The notes: generated from the sequence alone by a model not told the origin. A stretch of 64,000 bases of DNA from Candidatus Eiseniibacteriota bacterium (GCA_041483195.1 JBGPFC010000004.1:1-64000); one strand, 5' to 3'. Shown: positions 1-9,931, numbered from the stretch's first letter. Made by a program: numbers and translations.

Positions 1-227
1 TCGACCGCCGCCGAGGGCGTCGCGGATCCCTTCGCAGGCCGGCCGAAACGACGATCGACGCGCACCACCCAGGATCTCGGATCATGCGCGCCGACGTTGC
101 GAATACTCGGACAGGCTCCTAGCGGCGCTGGCCCGCGGCCGCGCCATGCGGCTATACTCCGCGCGAGTCGTTGTCTCGACCCCCCGTCCCCAAACGGTGC
201 CCGCCGACTCTACGGCGCCCGAGAAAA

Positions 228-1634
228 ATGGACCGCGCCATGGAGCTGAAGACTCAGGAAGAATTGCGTCACGCCACCGCCGCGCTCGCGAGCGGACGCG
301 GCGAGGCGCTGGATCGCCTCGTGTGGACCGGCGTGTTCGGCACGCCCGACTTGCGCGATCAGGCCCGCGCCGCGGTGCTCGAGCAGGCGCGCTCCACCGG
401 CGTCTATCCGGCATCGATCCACCACCTCTACCTCGCGCGCGGTCGCGGCAATGCGCCCGCGAACTTCACGGTGCCCGCCATCAACATCCGCGGGCTTGCG
501 TACGATACGGCGCGCGCGCTGTTTCGCGCCCGGAAGGCGCTGGATGCCGGGGCGGTCATCTGCGAGATCGCGCGCTCGGAGATCAGCTACACCGATCAGC
601 GCCCGGCCGAGTACGCCTTCGTGGTGCTGGCCGCCGCGCTGCGCGAAGGGTGGCGGGGTCCGGTCTTCATCCAGGGCGACCACTTCCAGCTCAACGCGAA
701 GAAGTACGCCGCGGATCCGGCCGCCGAGCTGCGCGCGGTACGCGACATCACCGCCGAGGCGATTCGCGCCGGCTTCTACAACATCGACGTCGACAGCTCC
801 ACGCTGGTCGATCTGTCGAAGCCCGACCTCGCCTCCCAGCAGGCGCTGAACGGCGGCCTGTGCGCCCAGCTCACGGCCTTCATCCGCGAGCACGAGCCGA
901 AGGGCGTGACGGTCTCGGTCGGCGGGGAGATCGGGGAGGTCGGCGGAAAGAACTCGACCCCAGAGGAGCTGACCGCGTTCATGGAGGTGTACGCCGCGGC
1001 GCTCGCGAAGGCGGCGCCGGGGGTTCCCGGCATGAGCAAGATCTCGATTCAGACCGGGACCTCCCACGGCGGCGTGCCGCTGCCGGACGGTTCGATCGCG
1101 CAGGTCAAGATCGACTTCGACGCGCTCGCGAAGTGCTCGACCCTGGCGCGGGAACGTTTCGGGCTCGGCGGCGCGGTCCAGCACGGTGCGTCCACGCTGC
1201 CCGGCGAGCTGTTCGACCGCTTCCCCGGCCTCGGCGCGTGCGAGATCCACCTCGCCACCGAGTTCCAGAACATGCTGTTCGACCATCCGTCGTTCCCGGC
1301 CGAACTCAAGCGCGCGATCTACGAAGGGCTGCGTACCAGTGCCGCCGACGAGCGCAAGCCCAGCGACACCGACGAGCAGTTCTTCTACAAGACCCGCAAG
1401 AAGGCGCTCGGCGCGAAGAAGCGCGAGCTGTGGGGGCTGCCCGCCGCGAGCCGCGAGGCGATCGGCCGCTCGCTCGAGGACAAGTTCCGCTTCCTGCTCG
1501 AGAAGCTCGCGGTCTCCGGCACCCGCGCGCTCGCCGAGAAGTGGGCGCCGTTCGTCGCGGGCTCGTTCCCCGATCTCGGCGCCTCCGCCTCGGCGGCCAG
1601 GGGCCACGAGGACGTCACGGGACTCTCCGACTGA
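228..1634 (+). CDS. Class II fructose-bisphosphate aldolase family protein
   Basis: VPAIN, FIQGDH, VGGEIGEVG, QTGTSHGG and VQHGAS motifs; directly upstream of FBPase. Start is ATG 228 or ATG 240. Confidence 0.85.
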   Translation: MDRAMELKTQEELRHATAALASGRGEALDRLVWTGVFGTPDLRDQARAAVLEQARSTGVYPASIHHLYLARGRGNAPANFTVPAINIRGLAYDTARALFRARKALDAGAVICEIARSEISYTDQRPAEYAFVVLAAALREGWRGPVFIQGDHFQLNAKKYAADPAAELRAVRDITAEAIRAGFYNIDVDSSTLVDLSKPDLASQQALNGGLCAQLTAFIREHEPKGVTVSVGGEIGEVGGKNSTPEELTAFMEVYAAALAKAAPGVPGMSKISIQTGTSHGGVPLPDGSIAQVKIDFDALAKCSTLARERFGLGGAVQHGASTLPGELFDRFPGLGACEIHLATEFQNMLFDHPSFPAELKRAIYEGLRTSAADERKPSDTDEQFFYKTRKKALGAKKRELWGLPAASREAIGRSLEDKFRFLLEKLAVSGTRALAEKWAPFVAGSFPDLGASASAARGHEDVTGLSD

Positions 1635-1642
1635 GGGCAGCT

Positions 1643-2698
1643 ATGACCGCGCGCGCGCTCACGCTTTCGCAGTTCATCCTCCAGCAGGAGCGCCGCCACC
1701 CGGAGGCCACCGGCGAGTTCACAAACCTGCTCACCGACATCGCGCTCGCGGCCAAGATGATCAACCGCGAGGTGATCCGGGCCGGGCTCGTGGACATCCT
1801 GGGCTACACCGGCCACGAGAACGTGCACGGCGAGAAGGTGCAGAAGCTCGACGCGTTCGCGCACCAGACGATCTATCGCGTGCTGGGCTCGACCGGGCAG
1901 CTCGCGGTGCTGGCTTCCGAGGAAGACGAGGACATCATCCACATCCCCGAGGGCCAGCCGGTCGGGAAGTACGTCGTCAACTTCGACCCGCTCGATGGCT
2001 CATCGAACATCAACGCCAACGTGAACATCGGGACGATCTTCTCGGTGCTGCCGCGCGTGACGCAGGGCGGCGGCGGCGGACTGGGCGATTGCCTGCAACC
2101 CGGCAAGAACCAGCTGTGCGCGGGCTACGTCATGTACGGCTCGAGCACGATGCTGGTGTTCACGACCGGGCAGGGCGTGCACGGGTTCACGTTCGAGCCG
2201 AGCCTCGGCGAGTTCCTGCTCTCGCATCCCGAGATCCACACCCCCAAGCGCGGCCGCATCTACAGCGCGAACGAGGGGAACTACTTCAAGTGGACGCCGG
2301 GCGTGAAGCGCTACGTGGACTGGCTCAAGATGGAGGACGGCGACAGCGGCCGGCCCTACAGCTCGCGCTACGTCGGCTCGCTGGTCGCCGACTTCCACCG
2401 CAATCTGCTCTACGGCGGGATCTTCCTCTACCCCGCCGACAAGAAGAATCCGCGCGGGAAGCTGCGCGTGCTCTACGAGGCGGCGCCGCTCGCGTTCATC
2501 GCGGAGCAGGCGGGAGGCGCCGCGAGCGACGGCACGCGCCGCATCCTCGAGCTCGAGCCCGCCACGCTCCACGAGCGCACGCCGCTGATCCTCGGCAGCA
2601 TGGAGGACGTGCGGGATTGCGAGGCGTTCGTGCAGGAGCGCCATCCCGCGATCGTCGCGGAGCGCCGCAGCAACGCATCGCGCGGCGAGACGCGCTGA
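1643..2698 (+). CDS. fbp: Class 1 fructose-1,6-bisphosphatase
   Basis: LASEE, FDPLDGSSN, GTIFS, RYVGSLVADFHRNLLYGGIFLYP and KLRVLYEAAP motifs. Real start is ATG 1643, inside the 850-aa track ORF. Confidence 0.95.
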   Translation: MTARALTLSQFILQQERRHPEATGEFTNLLTDIALAAKMINREVIRAGLVDILGYTGHENVHGEKVQKLDAFAHQTIYRVLGSTGQLAVLASEEDEDIIHIPEGQPVGKYVVNFDPLDGSSNINANVNIGTIFSVLPRVTQGGGGGLGDCLQPGKNQLCAGYVMYGSSTMLVFTTGQGVHGFTFEPSLGEFLLSHPEIHTPKRGRIYSANEGNYFKWTPGVKRYVDWLKMEDGDSGRPYSSRYVGSLVADFHRNLLYGGIFLYPADKKNPRGKLRVLYEAAPLAFIAEQAGGAASDGTRRILELEPATLHERTPLILGSMEDVRDCEAFVQERHPAIVAERRSNASRGETR

Positions 2699-2699
2699 A

Positions 2700-3167
2700 C
2701 TAGTCCTCGCCCGGCCAGAGCGAGGACACCCGCCAGCGGATCTGGTCGCGCGCCTCGCGAAACTCCGCGAGCCGCGACGCCTCGGGCGCCGCGGCGGGAT
2801 CGGAGAGCGGCCAGTGCACCCGGCGCACCACCGGGGCCAGCATCGGGCACGCGTCCTTCGCCTCGCCGCACAGCGTCACGACCGTGTCCGCATCGCGCCA
2901 CGGCACGTCGTCGAGCCGCTTGGAGCGCTGCGATCCGATGTCGATGCCCGCCTCCTGCATGACCTGGACCGCGAGCGGGTGAACTTCGCGCGGCTCGCTC
3001 CCGGCGCTCCAGATGTCGGTGCCGGGCGGGGCCATGGCGCGCGCGAATCCTTCGGCCATCTGACTGCGCGCCGAGTTGTGGACGCACACGAACACCACCC
3101 GCCGTGGGGGCGCGGAGATGAAAGCGGGGGGACGCGGGATCTCGTGCATGGGGGGCCATGGGCGCAT
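2700..3167 (-). CDS. arsC: Arsenate reductase / low-molecular-weight phosphatase family
   Basis: CVHNSARSQMAEG P-loop, downstream Cys pair (TLCGEAKDACP) and HWPLSDP; start uncertain. Confidence 0.8.
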   Translation of the reverse strand: MRPWPPMHEIPRPPAFISAPPRRVVFVCVHNSARSQMAEGFARAMAPPGTDIWSAGSEPREVHPLAVQVMQEAGIDIGSQRSKRLDDVPWRDADTVVTLCGEAKDACPMLAPVVRRVHWPLSDPAAAPEASRLAEFREARDQIRWRVSSLWPGED

Positions 3168-3329
3168 GGCCCGGGCGGGGGGTCCCGCGACGGACCATGG
3201 GCGCGACGGAGGCGCACGCTAGCGCACCGGCCGCCCCGGGGGCAACGCGCCTGCGCGCCGGGCCGGCCGCGAGCTACCATGTGACCTCGCGCCCAACCCT
3301 TTCCCCCCCGCCACCGACTCAGGAGTGAC

Positions 3330-3890
3330 ATGAGGCAAACGCCGCCCTCCGAAGCGGAAGACCGGATCCTGGCCGCGGCGGTCGCCGCCGACGGCGACGA
3401 GCGTGCGTTTCGTGAGCTGTACCGGCGCCACACCCCGGCGCTGTACCAGCTCGTGCTTCGCGTGCTCGGCGGCTCGACCGCGGATGCAGAGGACGTGGTG
3501 CAGGACACCTGGGTGCGTGCGGTGCGGCAGCTTTCGAAGTTTCGCTGGGAGTCGAGCCTGCGCACCTGGCTCTCGGCGATCGGGCTCAACCTCGCGCGCG
3601 AGACGCTGCGCCGCCGCGGGCGCGCCCGCAGCGAGGAGCTCACCGAGCAGCTCGGGCTGCACCTGCCGCCCGCGAAGGACGGCGAGCGCATCGATCTCGA
3701 GCGCGCGATCGCCCGACTCCCCGCCGGCTATCGCACCGTGCTCGTGCTGCACGACGTGGAAGGCTTCACTCACGAAGAAATCAGCCGCCAGCTGGAGATC
3801 GCCGTCGGAACCTCGAAGAGCCAGCTCTTCGACGCGCGGCGCGCAGTGCGGTCGATGTTGGGACCCCGGGAGGAAACACACCATGCATGA
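3330..3890 (+). CDS. ECF RNA polymerase sigma factor
   Basis: DAEDVVQDTW (region 2) and LHDVEGFTHEEISRQLEIAVGTSKSQLFDAR (region 4); SD AGGAG. Confidence 0.9.
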   Translation: MRQTPPSEAEDRILAAAVAADGDERAFRELYRRHTPALYQLVLRVLGGSTADAEDVVQDTWVRAVRQLSKFRWESSLRTWLSAIGLNLARETLRRRGRARSEELTEQLGLHLPPAKDGERIDLERAIARLPAGYRTVLVLHDVEGFTHEEISRQLEIAVGTSKSQLFDARRAVRSMLGPREETHHA

Positions 3891-4437
3891 CGACGAACTG
3901 ACACCCGCGGAACGCGCATCGATGGGCGCGCTCCCGCGCGAGCTTCGGCCCTCGCCCGATCTCGAGGAGCGCACGGTGCGCGCGATGCGCGCGGCGGGGC
4001 TGCTGCGCGGTCGCGCGCCCCTGCGCCTCCACGTGCCCCGCCTGCTGTGGGTCGGCGCCGCGGCGGCCTCGTTCGCGCTGTTCGTGGGAGGGTTCGCGCT
4101 CGGCGCGTGGATCGAGTCGCGGCACACGACCGCGATGGTGATGGCGGTGCAGCAGCGCGACGCGGAGAACGCGGCCGCCCTGGTGCAGCGCACCGGATCG
4201 GCCTACGTGTCGGCGCTCACGAGCCTCGCCTCCTTCGCCGACAGCGCGCGCTCGCCCGAGCTGGCGCAGGGCCGCGAGGTGGCCGTGAACGCGCTGCACG
4301 CCGCGGCCCGGCAGATGGTTCGGATCGCGCCAGAGGATCCGCTCACGGTCGACATCCTCCAGGGGATGAGCCGCGCCGCGCGGCGCGACACGACGAGCAT
4401 GGCCGCCGCGGAGCCGCGGCGCGTCGTGTGGTTCTGA
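3883..4437 (+). CDS. Putative single-pass anti-sigma factor
   Basis: Overlaps the sigma stop codon, GGAGG SD, one hydrophobic helix (LLWVGAAAASFALFVGGFALGAW). Confidence 0.6.
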   Translation: MHDDELTPAERASMGALPRELRPSPDLEERTVRAMRAAGLLRGRAPLRLHVPRLLWVGAAAASFALFVGGFALGAWIESRHTTAMVMAVQQRDAENAAALVQRTGSAYVSALTSLASFADSARSPELAQGREVAVNALHAAARQMVRIAPEDPLTVDILQGMSRAARRDTTSMAAAEPRRVVWF

Positions 4438-4445
4438 GGCGCGCG

Positions 4446-5741
4446 ATGAATCGAACGAACGTGCATCCGCGAAAGGGCACGAGCCGCGTGATCGCGACCG
4501 CCGCCGCGGCGATCGCGATCGCGCTCATCGCGTGCGCGGCCCGCGCCGAGCGGCAGACGCCATGCGCCAGCGGAGCGCTCAAGGTGGGGGACCTGGGCTT
4601 CTCGCGCCTCGATGGAACGAACCGCTTCACGAGCCGCGCGCACTCGATGAACGGAAAGCTCACCATGACGCGCGAGTGGTCGTTCTTCTCGGAGCCGCGC
4701 ATCGGCGACGTGGCCTCCGATGGGCCGGCCGCGGGCCGCCTGCGCGATGGCGACGTGCTTACGGCGATCGACGGGGCCCTCATCACCACGCGTGAAGGCG
4801 GACGGCGTTTCGGCGACGTGAAGCCGGGAATGCCGGTGACGCTCACGGTGAGACGAGCCGGCCGCGATCTCGACGTGCGCATCGTGCCCGGCGCGGTGTG
4901 CCCGGAAGAGGCGCTGGGCGGCACGCCCGGGCCGGTCTCCCCGCGGGCTCCGTCCAATTCCTTCAGCTGGACGTGGCCCACGCCCGCGGTCACCCCCACG
5001 CCACCGACTCCGGGCATCGCCCCGCCGGCGCCCACGCCTCCCCTCGAACCGACGCCCGAGGTCCCCGCCACGCCCGCGCCGCAACCGGTGGCCCCGCTGC
5101 GCGCGCTGCCGCGCGGCTGGTCGGGGTTCGGCCTCACGTGTCACGAGTGCGGAGGAGAGCAAGGCGAAGGTGGCGGCTCGCCGGTGTGGGAATTCGGGAC
5201 GCTGCCGGAAATCTATTACGTGGACCCCGGGGGTCCCGCCGGACGCGCCGGACTTCAAATTGGCGACGTGCTCACCCACATCGACAACATCTCGCTGCTG
5301 ACCGAGGACGGCGGCCGGCGCTTCGGCGCGCTCGCTCCCGGGCAGCGCGTGAGGTGGACGTATCTCCGTGGCGGAACGAGCCGGACGGCGTGGGTGACCA
5401 CGGTCGCGCGGCCCGAGGAACGCATGGTGCCGCTCGATCAGGTCAGCGGCCTGCTGCGGTCGCTGCGGGAGGGCAAGGATGGCCTGCGCCGCAACAAGGC
5501 CGACCTCGAACGCCTCGCGCGCGAGCTGGCGCGGCTGGACGCCTCGAGCGCGGAATCCGGCGTCTCCGGAAGGCGCCTGCGCTACGCGGGATCGGTCGGC
5601 GGGTCCGAGGTCGAGGTGCGCGGGCTCGGCAACGTGGTGGTTGACGATTCCGGGGACGAGATCGTGATCACCACGCGCGACGCCGTGATCCACATCCGGC
5701 CGTCCGCGAAGAGCGTCTCGACCACGCCGCGGCCGAAGTAG
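4446..5741 (+). CDS. Secreted protein with two PDZ domains and a Pro-rich linker
   Basis: Signal-like N-terminus; two repeats GPAAGRLRDGDVLTAIDG / GPAGRAGLQIGDVLTHIDN, each followed by GGRRFG. Confidence 0.75.
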   Translation: MNRTNVHPRKGTSRVIATAAAAIAIALIACAARAERQTPCASGALKVGDLGFSRLDGTNRFTSRAHSMNGKLTMTREWSFFSEPRIGDVASDGPAAGRLRDGDVLTAIDGALITTREGGRRFGDVKPGMPVTLTVRRAGRDLDVRIVPGAVCPEEALGGTPGPVSPRAPSNSFSWTWPTPAVTPTPPTPGIAPPAPTPPLEPTPEVPATPAPQPVAPLRALPRGWSGFGLTCHECGGEQGEGGGSPVWEFGTLPEIYYVDPGGPAGRAGLQIGDVLTHIDNISLLTEDGGRRFGALAPGQRVRWTYLRGGTSRTAWVTTVARPEERMVPLDQVSGLLRSLREGKDGLRRNKADLERLARELARLDASSAESGVSGRRLRYAGSVGGSEVEVRGLGNVVVDDSGDEIVITTRDAVIHIRPSAKSVSTTPRPK

Positions 5742-5816
5742 GCGCGCGGGCGGCGACCCCGCCACACGCCACGCGACTGCGCGGCGCACGCCCCGGGTCA
5801 TGAAGCCGCGCGCGCC

Positions 5817-6614
5817 TCAGGCCGGCAACGACTGCTGTCGCAGCAGCTCCTGCATGAGCTTCGCGTTGCGCGCGGCCTGGCCGGCGTGGCAGTTGTTGAA
5901 GAAGAGGTAGGTGCGCCGCGCCTGGGAAGCGAGGTCCGCGATCTTCGCCACCCATTCGTTCAGCTCGGCCGCGCTGTAGTCGTAGTCGTAGCGGTCCCCC
6001 CCGCCGCGCGCCCACCAGGTCTGCGTGTTGCGGCCGTGGAAGCGCACGTACGCGTCCTCGGTGGTGCGCAGCGTGACCGGCGGGACGAGGCCGCGCAGCG
6101 GCGGCTCGTCGACCGCGCAGTAGCCGATGCGCTCGCGCTCGAGCCACGGCGCGAGGTCGGGGGTGATCCATGAGTCGTGGCGGAATTCCGTCCAGAGCGG
6201 CTCGCCCGGCAGCAGCGCGCGCATCGCCTCGAGATGGCGCTGGTGATCGGCGGTGCGCTTGAACCCCCATGGGAACTGGGCGAGCAGGCCGTCGTACTTG
6301 TCGGCGCGCTTGAGCGGCTCCAGCACCGCGAGGAAATCGTGGTAGAGCGCGGGATCGAGCGAGAGCTCGTGGGTCATCGCCTGGTTCAGCTTCACCACGA
6401 ACCGGAACCCGGGCGGGGTCTTGCGTTCCATCTGCTCGAGCACGCGCGGATGCGGGATACGGTAGTAGGTGGAGTTCACCTCGACCGCCTCGAACTGGCC
6501 GGAGTAGTACGTCAGAAAATCTCCGGAGCGCATGCCCTGCGGGTAAAATGGCCCCACCCAGTCCGCGAAGGAATACCCGGACGTTCCGATCAGGATGCGG
6601 TGATCGTCGCTCAA
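5817..6614 (-). CDS. DUF72 (UPF0759) family protein
   Basis: IGTSGYSFADWVGPFYP, VEVNSTYY, YVRFHGRN, YDYS and FFNN motifs; TTG start overlapping the dinB stop. Confidence 0.85.
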   Translation of the reverse strand: MSDDHRILIGTSGYSFADWVGPFYPQGMRSGDFLTYYSGQFEAVEVNSTYYRIPHPRVLEQMERKTPPGFRFVVKLNQAMTHELSLDPALYHDFLAVLEPLKRADKYDGLLAQFPWGFKRTADHQRHLEAMRALLPGEPLWTEFRHDSWITPDLAPWLERERIGYCAVDEPPLRGLVPPVTLRTTEDAYVRFHGRNTQTWWARGGGDRYDYDYSAAELNEWVAKIADLASQARRTYLFFNNCHAGQAARNAKLMQELLRQQSLPA

Positions 6615-7873
6615 TCGCGCGGCTCCTTCCTCGCCTCGCGCTCCCGCGGCCGCGCTCGCGTGCGCGGGGAGAGCGCCCCGAACGGTACGTGGGTGAGCGT
6701 GCGGCGGTGGATCAGCGAGCCGAGCGGCACCACGCTCGCCTCTCCCATCCGGTCGCGCACGCGATCCAGCGCCTCGCGCAATCGAATCGACCGCGCGTCG
6801 CGATCGAACAGCTCGCTCTGATCCCCCGGCATCGGGCGCGCGAGCGCGGATACGCTCACGCCGACCAGGCGCAGCGGCTCGCCCTTCCAGTTCTCGTGGA
6901 GCAGCGCGCGCGCGGTCCGATAGATGGGCTCGCATTCCGCCGTGAAGGCCGCGAGCGCGCGCTGGCGGGTGATGGTGCGGAAGCGGCGATCGCGCAGCTT
7001 GAGCGTCACGATCCGCCCCCGATAGCCCTCGCCGCGCAGCCTGCGCCCCACCTGATCGGAGAGCCGCAGCAGCGTGCCGTCGAGAAACGCGGCCTCGTCG
7101 CAATCCTGGGGCAGCGTCACCTCGTGGCCCATCGATTTCGAATCCACGCCGCGATGGTAGGGAATCAGCGGCGTGTCGTCGCGCCCCCAGGCCGCCTCGC
7201 GCAGTTGCGGGCCGATCACGCCGAACGCGGCCTTGAGGGAAGGTTCGGGGGCGCGGGCCAGATCGCCGACGGTCTGAATCCCGAGTGACCGCATGCGCGC
7301 GGCGAGCTGAGGACCCACGCCCCACATCTGTTGAACGTCGCGCGGCCAGAACGCGCGACGGAATCCTTCTTCATCGAGCGCGGTCAAGCCGCGCGGCTTC
7401 TCGAGACCCGATGCCATCTTCGCGACCAGCTTGTTGGGGCCGACGCCGATCGATGCGCCGAGCCCGAAGCGCTGATCGATCGAACGCTGGATCCCGCGGG
7501 CGACCGCCGACGCCGCTTCGAGCGTCGCGACTTCGGGCCCCAGCCCGACGAACGCCTCGTCGACGCTGAAGGGCTCGACGTCGGGGGTGACGCGCGTGTA
7601 GAGCTCGAGCAGCTCGAGCGAGATCCCGATGTACTTGGCCGGGTCGCCCTCGAGGTACTCGGCCTGCGGGCACAACCGCCGCGCCTCCTGCAGCGGCATC
7701 CCCGCGTGCACCCCGAACGGCCGCGCCTCGTACGAGGCGGCGGTCACCACCCCGCGACGAGACGGATCCCCGCACACGATCACCGGCTTCCCGCGCAGAT
7801 GCGGGTGATGCGCCTGCTCGACCGACGCGAAGAACGCGTCCATGTCGACCAGCAGGATCATGCGTGCGCTCAT
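6611..7873 (-). CDS. dinB: DNA polymerase IV (Y family)
   Basis: VDMDAFFASVEQ, AASYEAR, SVDEAF, ASIGVGPNKLVAKMAS and RLVGVSVS motifs. Confidence 0.95.
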   Translation of the reverse strand: MSARMILLVDMDAFFASVEQAHHPHLRGKPVIVCGDPSRRGVVTAASYEARPFGVHAGMPLQEARRLCPQAEYLEGDPAKYIGISLELLELYTRVTPDVEPFSVDEAFVGLGPEVATLEAASAVARGIQRSIDQRFGLGASIGVGPNKLVAKMASGLEKPRGLTALDEEGFRRAFWPRDVQQMWGVGPQLAARMRSLGIQTVGDLARAPEPSLKAAFGVIGPQLREAAWGRDDTPLIPYHRGVDSKSMGHEVTLPQDCDEAAFLDGTLLRLSDQVGRRLRGEGYRGRIVTLKLRDRRFRTITRQRALAAFTAECEPIYRTARALLHENWKGEPLRLVGVSVSALARPMPGDQSELFDRDARSIRLREALDRVRDRMGEASVVPLGSLIHRRTLTHVPFGALSPRTRARPREREARKEPRD

Positions 7874-8124
7874 CGCGGCCCGCTCCACGCCCGGCTCAGG
7901 ATCCACCGTGGCCCGCGCGGATCGAAGCACAGCTCGTAGGTTTCGGCGGCGGCCGATTCGAGCGCGTAGTAGCGCAACACGGTCTGACCCTCACGCCGGT
8001 TCCATTCCCCCGTCACCCGTTTCACGCGCACCACCCGACCCTGCCAGCGGAATCGCAGCGGTCGCATGGTTCCATCCACGAACGCGGTGATGACGTCCAC
8101 CGGATCGCTCAACGATTCGAACAT
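7870..8124 (-). CDS. Small DUF6504-like protein
   Basis: 84 aa, P-x-RFRWQGR...W...YELCFD...W pattern; stop overlaps the dinB start. Confidence 0.65.
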   Translation of the reverse strand: MFESLSDPVDVITAFVDGTMRPLRFRWQGRVVRVKRVTGEWNRREGQTVLRYYALESAAAETYELCFDPRGPRWILSRAWSGPR

Positions 8125-8147
8125 GTCGGCCCCTGGCACCACGGAGG

Positions 8148-8176
8148 AACCTAGTGCACATTCGTGCAGTTGCCAA
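8148..8176 (-). promoter_or_regulatory. Sigma70 promoter with a LexA-box-like palindrome in the spacer
   Basis: Minus strand TTGGCA-N17-TAGGTT; TGCAC-ATTC-GTGCA palindrome at 8155-8168. Confidence 0.7.
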
Positions 8177-8314
8177 GCGAAAAGTAATGATGGCGCCTCC
8201 ATCCGCGCCGGCGGCCGCTCCGGCGTCGCTCGTCAGTTGGCAGAGAGCGTGGGCAGGTTGTCCGTGTGGCGGAGCGTGCGCGCCGCGATGCTGGATCGAA
8301 CCCGGAGGGATCCC

Positions 8315-8780
8315 ATGCACAGCTTGAAGCAGCCTCTTCTCCTCACGCGCGTCATCTTCGCCGTCGCGGCGACCGCGGCACTCGTATGCTTCGCTCCCGC
8401 CCATCGCGACAACGCTCGTGCGGACGGCGCGGCGGGCACCAGGTCGTCGCCGGCTCGCGAGTCACTGACCATCTCGGATCCGTGGGCGCGGGCGACCCCC
8501 GCGGGCGCCCGGATGGGAGCGATCTACCTGAGGCTGAGGAGCGCGAGCGGCGATCGCCTGCTGGGGGCCTCGGTCCCGCGCTCCGTGACCGCGGAGACCC
8601 AGCTTCACGAGACCATCGGCGGCGGCGGCGGCTCGATGAAGATGCGCGAGGTCTCGTCGATCGAGCTTCCGGCGGGGCAGACGGTCGAGCTCAAGCCGGG
8701 CGGCTTTCACGTGATGCTGATGGGCCTCAAGCATCGGCTGAAGGCCGGCGAGAAGGTGAGCGTCACGCTTCGATTCGAGA
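8315..8780 (+). pseudogene. Copper chaperone PCu(A)C with a disrupted 3' end
   Basis: Signal peptide, DPWARAT, LHET...MKMREV, LKPGGFHVMLMGL and VTLRFE. Homology ends near 8780 and the frame runs on without a stop to 9949, antisense to the kinase gene. Confidence 0.6.
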
Positions 8781-8932
8781 CGGTCGGTCATTCATCAGGC
8801 GTTCCTCACCCTGGCGCGCATCCTGATCAGCTGCGACGTCGCGGTCCGGCTGCGGTGAGTCATTCCGACCGCAACTCTTATGAGAATCACGTTCCGCCCC
8901 CGACGCCCAACCGTGTTGAGAATTCGCGTGGC

Positions 8933-9931
8933 TCAAGCCGATGGGAGCACGAGGCGCGCGCGCAGTCCGGCGCGGTCGCCCCGCTCGAGAGCGAGCGACC
9001 CACCATACAGCCGGGCAAGGTCGTCCACGATGGCGAGGCCGAGGCCATGGCCGGGGGCGTCTACGTGTGCACGCGCTCCTCGCTGCACGACCCGATCGAG
9101 CATGGAGGGGTCGATGCCGGGACCATCATCGTCGACGAGGAGCGTCACGGCGTCGACGCTGCGGGTCGCCGTCACGATCACCGCGGAAGCAGTCCACTTG
9201 CACGCGTTGTCGAGCAGATTCCCGAGCATCTCCTCGAAGTCTTCGGGCTCGCACCGCACGAAGAACGATTCGGCGAAGCGAACCTCGAACGCCAGCGATC
9301 TGCTCGCGTACAGACGGCGCAAGGTGTTCACGAGCCTGTGGGTCGCCGCTCCGATCTCCGTGCGGCGACCGTAGGTCGATCCGGCGCCGGAGGCGCGGGC
9401 GCGCGCCAGATGAAAGTCGAGCTGATGGCGCATGCGCTCGACCTGATCTGCGATCGTCGCTGCGCTGTCGTGCTGCCCGAGGGCCTCGACGCGGTCGACT
9501 TCCTGGGCCAGGATTGCGAGCGGCGTCTTCAATCCGTGGGCGAGATCACCTGCGGTCTCGAGCGCGCGCCGAACGAGTGTCTCGCGGTGGTCCAGCAGGT
9601 CGTTCATGTCGCGAACCAGCGGCTCGATCTCCGTCAGCCCGCTCGCGTCCAGCCGGTGCTGCTCGCCTGCCCGGACCGCCGACACGCGCGTCCGCACGCG
9701 GTCGAGCCGGCGCAGCTCTCGAGCGGCGATCAGCATGCCTGCGATCGCACAGGCGGTGCCGAGACACGAAAGCGCGAGCTGGTCGACCGGGCGGAGTCCG
9801 GGGAATGCTTCGGCTGCGACCGCGGACGCGACGTGAACCAGCACGAGCAAGCCCACGGTCCACAGGAATGCCGCTGCGACGACACGGGCGCGGAGCGAAC
9901 GGAAGATGACGTGGAGCGAGCGCAGGATCAC
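8933..9931 (-). CDS. Sensor histidine kinase
   Basis: LAHGLKTPL H-box, NLLDNACKW, DDDGPGI and GHGLGLAIV; two N-terminal TM helices. Confidence 0.9.
   Translation of the reverse strand: MILRSLHVIFRSLRARVVAAAFLWTVGLLVLVHVASAVAAEAFPGLRPVDQLALSCLGTACAIAGMLIAARELRRLDRVRTRVSAVRAGEQHRLDASGLTEIEPLVRDMNDLLDHRETLVRRALETAGDLAHGLKTPLAILAQEVDRVEALGQHDSAATIADQVERMRHQLDFHLARARASGAGSTYGRRTEIGAATHRLVNTLRRLYASRSLAFEVRFAESFFVRCEPEDFEEMLGNLLDNACKWTASAVIVTATRSVDAVTLLVDDDGPGIDPSMLDRVVQRGARAHVDAPGHGLGLAIVDDLARLYGGSLALERGDRAGLRARLVLPSA

Noticed and set aside
146..2698. 850-aa ORF as an extended FBPase or an aldolase-FBPase fusion
   Set aside because: The first 499 codons are an Arg-rich shadow frame over the aldolase, which has its own stop at 1634; fbp starts at 1643.
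4920..5100. Repetitive C-rich stretch
   Set aside because: It encodes the Pro/Thr linker of the PDZ protein and is not an array.
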